A stretch of 63,288 nt of DNA, the filler included, from Reclinomonas americana ATCC 50394 (Eukaryota): assembly GCA_048213135.1 (NCBI GenBank). It is 7 parts of 7 records of this genome, joined end to end, with 100 filler letters (N's around TTAATTAATTAA, not from the genome) between each part and the next. Parts side by side here need not be neighbours in the genome. Positions count along the whole stretch, not along the records: positions 55,002 to 63,288 come from AFZH01018705.1; 6 more parts are not named here. One strand, given 5' to 3'. The position numbers and the translations under genes were made by a program. Below the pieces are notes generated by a model. That model made no database searches and was not told where the DNA came from. It worked only from the letters and a program-made list of their open reading frames with translations. Numbering within the stretch: the first letter of the stretch is position 1; each line of letters starts with the position of its first letter. This document shows, one piece after another, positions 62,175 through 63,288 of this stretch.

Positions 62175-62815
62175 GCCGCGCTCCTCAGAAAGGTTTCTGC
62201 CAGAGAGGCCAGGCGTCCGACCGCCTCCTTACGCGCGCCCGCAACCCGCTCCGGCGGCCCCGCGCTCGGTGCGGCAGCAATGATCTCCCCGCCATCGAGG
62301 CCGATGAACCTCAGGGCGGCTTGCAGGTAGCTGCTGGCGAGGTCGGGCCTGCCGTAGCTCAAGCCGCTCGAAAAATCGCCAGCGCTGGACAGGATGATCG
62401 CGAGCGGTCTCCGTCGCAGCAGTGGCGTATAGCCCGTTGCGGGGTCGAAGGTGAAACTCAGGCCCGGCTGGGTGATGAGGTCGATCCAATGCTTCAGGCG
62501 ATAGGGAATGCTCAGGTTCCACATCGGCGTGGACAGCACGATCGCGTCGGACGCCTCGAGGCGAGCGACCATCCCAGCGATCCCGTCCCAGGCATCTCGC
62601 TGAGTCCGATCAAGCTCGCGGCCGGCAAGTCGAGCATATTTCGCGTCGATTGCAGCTCCGTCGAAGGCCGGAAGCTCCTCCGTCCAGACATTCAGGCGGT
62701 CGATCGAAAGTGCCGGGTTCAGCTTTGCGAGATGGTCGAGAAAGACGCCGGCCAATTCGCTTGAAAGCGAAGCCGTCGACCTCGGCGATGCTTCGATGAA
62801 AAGAAGGCGCGTCAT
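62171..62815 (-). CDS. azoR: FMN-dependent NADH-azoreductase
   Basis: LLFIEASPR...SLS, TPMWNLSIPYRLKHWID, PGLSF, FIGL. Confidence 0.9.
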   Translation of the reverse strand: MTRLLFIEASPRSTASLSSELAGVFLDHLAKLNPALSIDRLNVWTEELPAFDGAAIDAKYARLAGRELDRTQRDAWDGIAGMVARLEASDAIVLSTPMWNLSIPYRLKHWIDLITQPGLSFTFDPATGYTPLLRRRPLAIILSSAGDFSSGLSYGRPDLASSYLQAALRFIGLDGGEIIAAAPSAGPPERVAGARKEAVGRLASLAETFLRSAA

Positions 62816-62901
62816 GGAACTCTCTTGCGAATGATCTTCGCCAAAGATAATTCGCGAAGGAAGGAAGTCTTTGAGTATCGATACGAAATGGATTCGCAAA
62901 A

Positions 62902-63288
62902 ATGAGAAGCGCGCCTCGCCCCGGCTCGATCTCTTACGATGATATCCGCCTGGTGGCCGCGATCACCGAAGCGGGAACTATCCGCGGTGCCCAAAGGGTC
63001 GTGGGAGGGCACCTCTCGACGCTTTATCGACAATTGCGGGATCTGGAGGCCCGCGCCGGCGGCGCGCTCTTCGAAAACAGGCAGAACCGCCTATTGCCTA
63101 CATCCAGGGCTGCACCGATTGTCAATGCTGCGAACGACGTGCTCGACAGACTCGCGGACATCGAGCGTGGCTTCGCAGCGCAGGACGATCGTGTTTCGGG
63201 TCCTCTCCGGGTAACCACGGCCGACTCGCTCCAGCCCGTGGTCTGTGGCTGCCTGCTTGCCTTTCAGGAACTGCACCCGGGTATCGCG
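62902..63288 (+). CDS. LysR-family regulator, 5' part (runs off the window; not in ORF track)
   Basis: SYDDIRLVAAITEAGTIRGA...STLYRQLRDLE...LFE...SGPLRVTT...FQELHPGI; divergent from azoR. Confidence 0.88.
   Translation, partial: MRSAPRPGSISYDDIRLVAAITEAGTIRGAQRVVGGHLSTLYRQLRDLEARAGGALFENRQNRLLPTSRAAPIVNAANDVLDRLADIERGFAAQDDRVSGPLRVTTADSLQPVVCGCLLAFQELHPGIA

Overview
GC-rich accessory region (plasmid or genomic-island-like) of an alphaproteobacterium (Hyphomicrobiales-like gene content), made of seven contigs joined by six artificial 100-nt N/TTAATTAATTAA spacers. It holds: (1) a truncated Hsp70-like/GrpE-like gene pair; (2) a decaying catabolic island probably under LacI control (three CaiB/BaiF CoA-transferases, enoyl-CoA hydratase, HMG-CoA-lyase family, acyl-CoA dehydrogenase, aminotransferase, thiol-dioxygenase-like cupin, ketopantoate-reductase family, etfBA, pyc, an orphan dipicolinate-synthase-A-like gene); (3) an IclR/hydantoinase AB/Liv-type ABC/RraA operon; (4) a small defence-like cluster (KAP NTPase, RES-Xre toxin-antitoxin, HEPN protein) fused to a dnaE2 fragment; (5) further IclR- and LysR-linked catabolic or detoxification clusters; (6) many nested IS elements (ISL3, IS21, IS66, IS3, IS1380, IS110). 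The strongest finding is an IS110-family, IS1111-type element (43834-45156). Its 3' non-coding region contains a readable bridge/seekRNA: the target guides match exactly the flanking DNA, which is the Y-D-N catalytic codons of an IS21 transposase, and the donor guides match its own ends. Its recombinase has Thr-Thr where the catalytic Ser is expected. All calls come from reading sequence and motifs; no database search was run.
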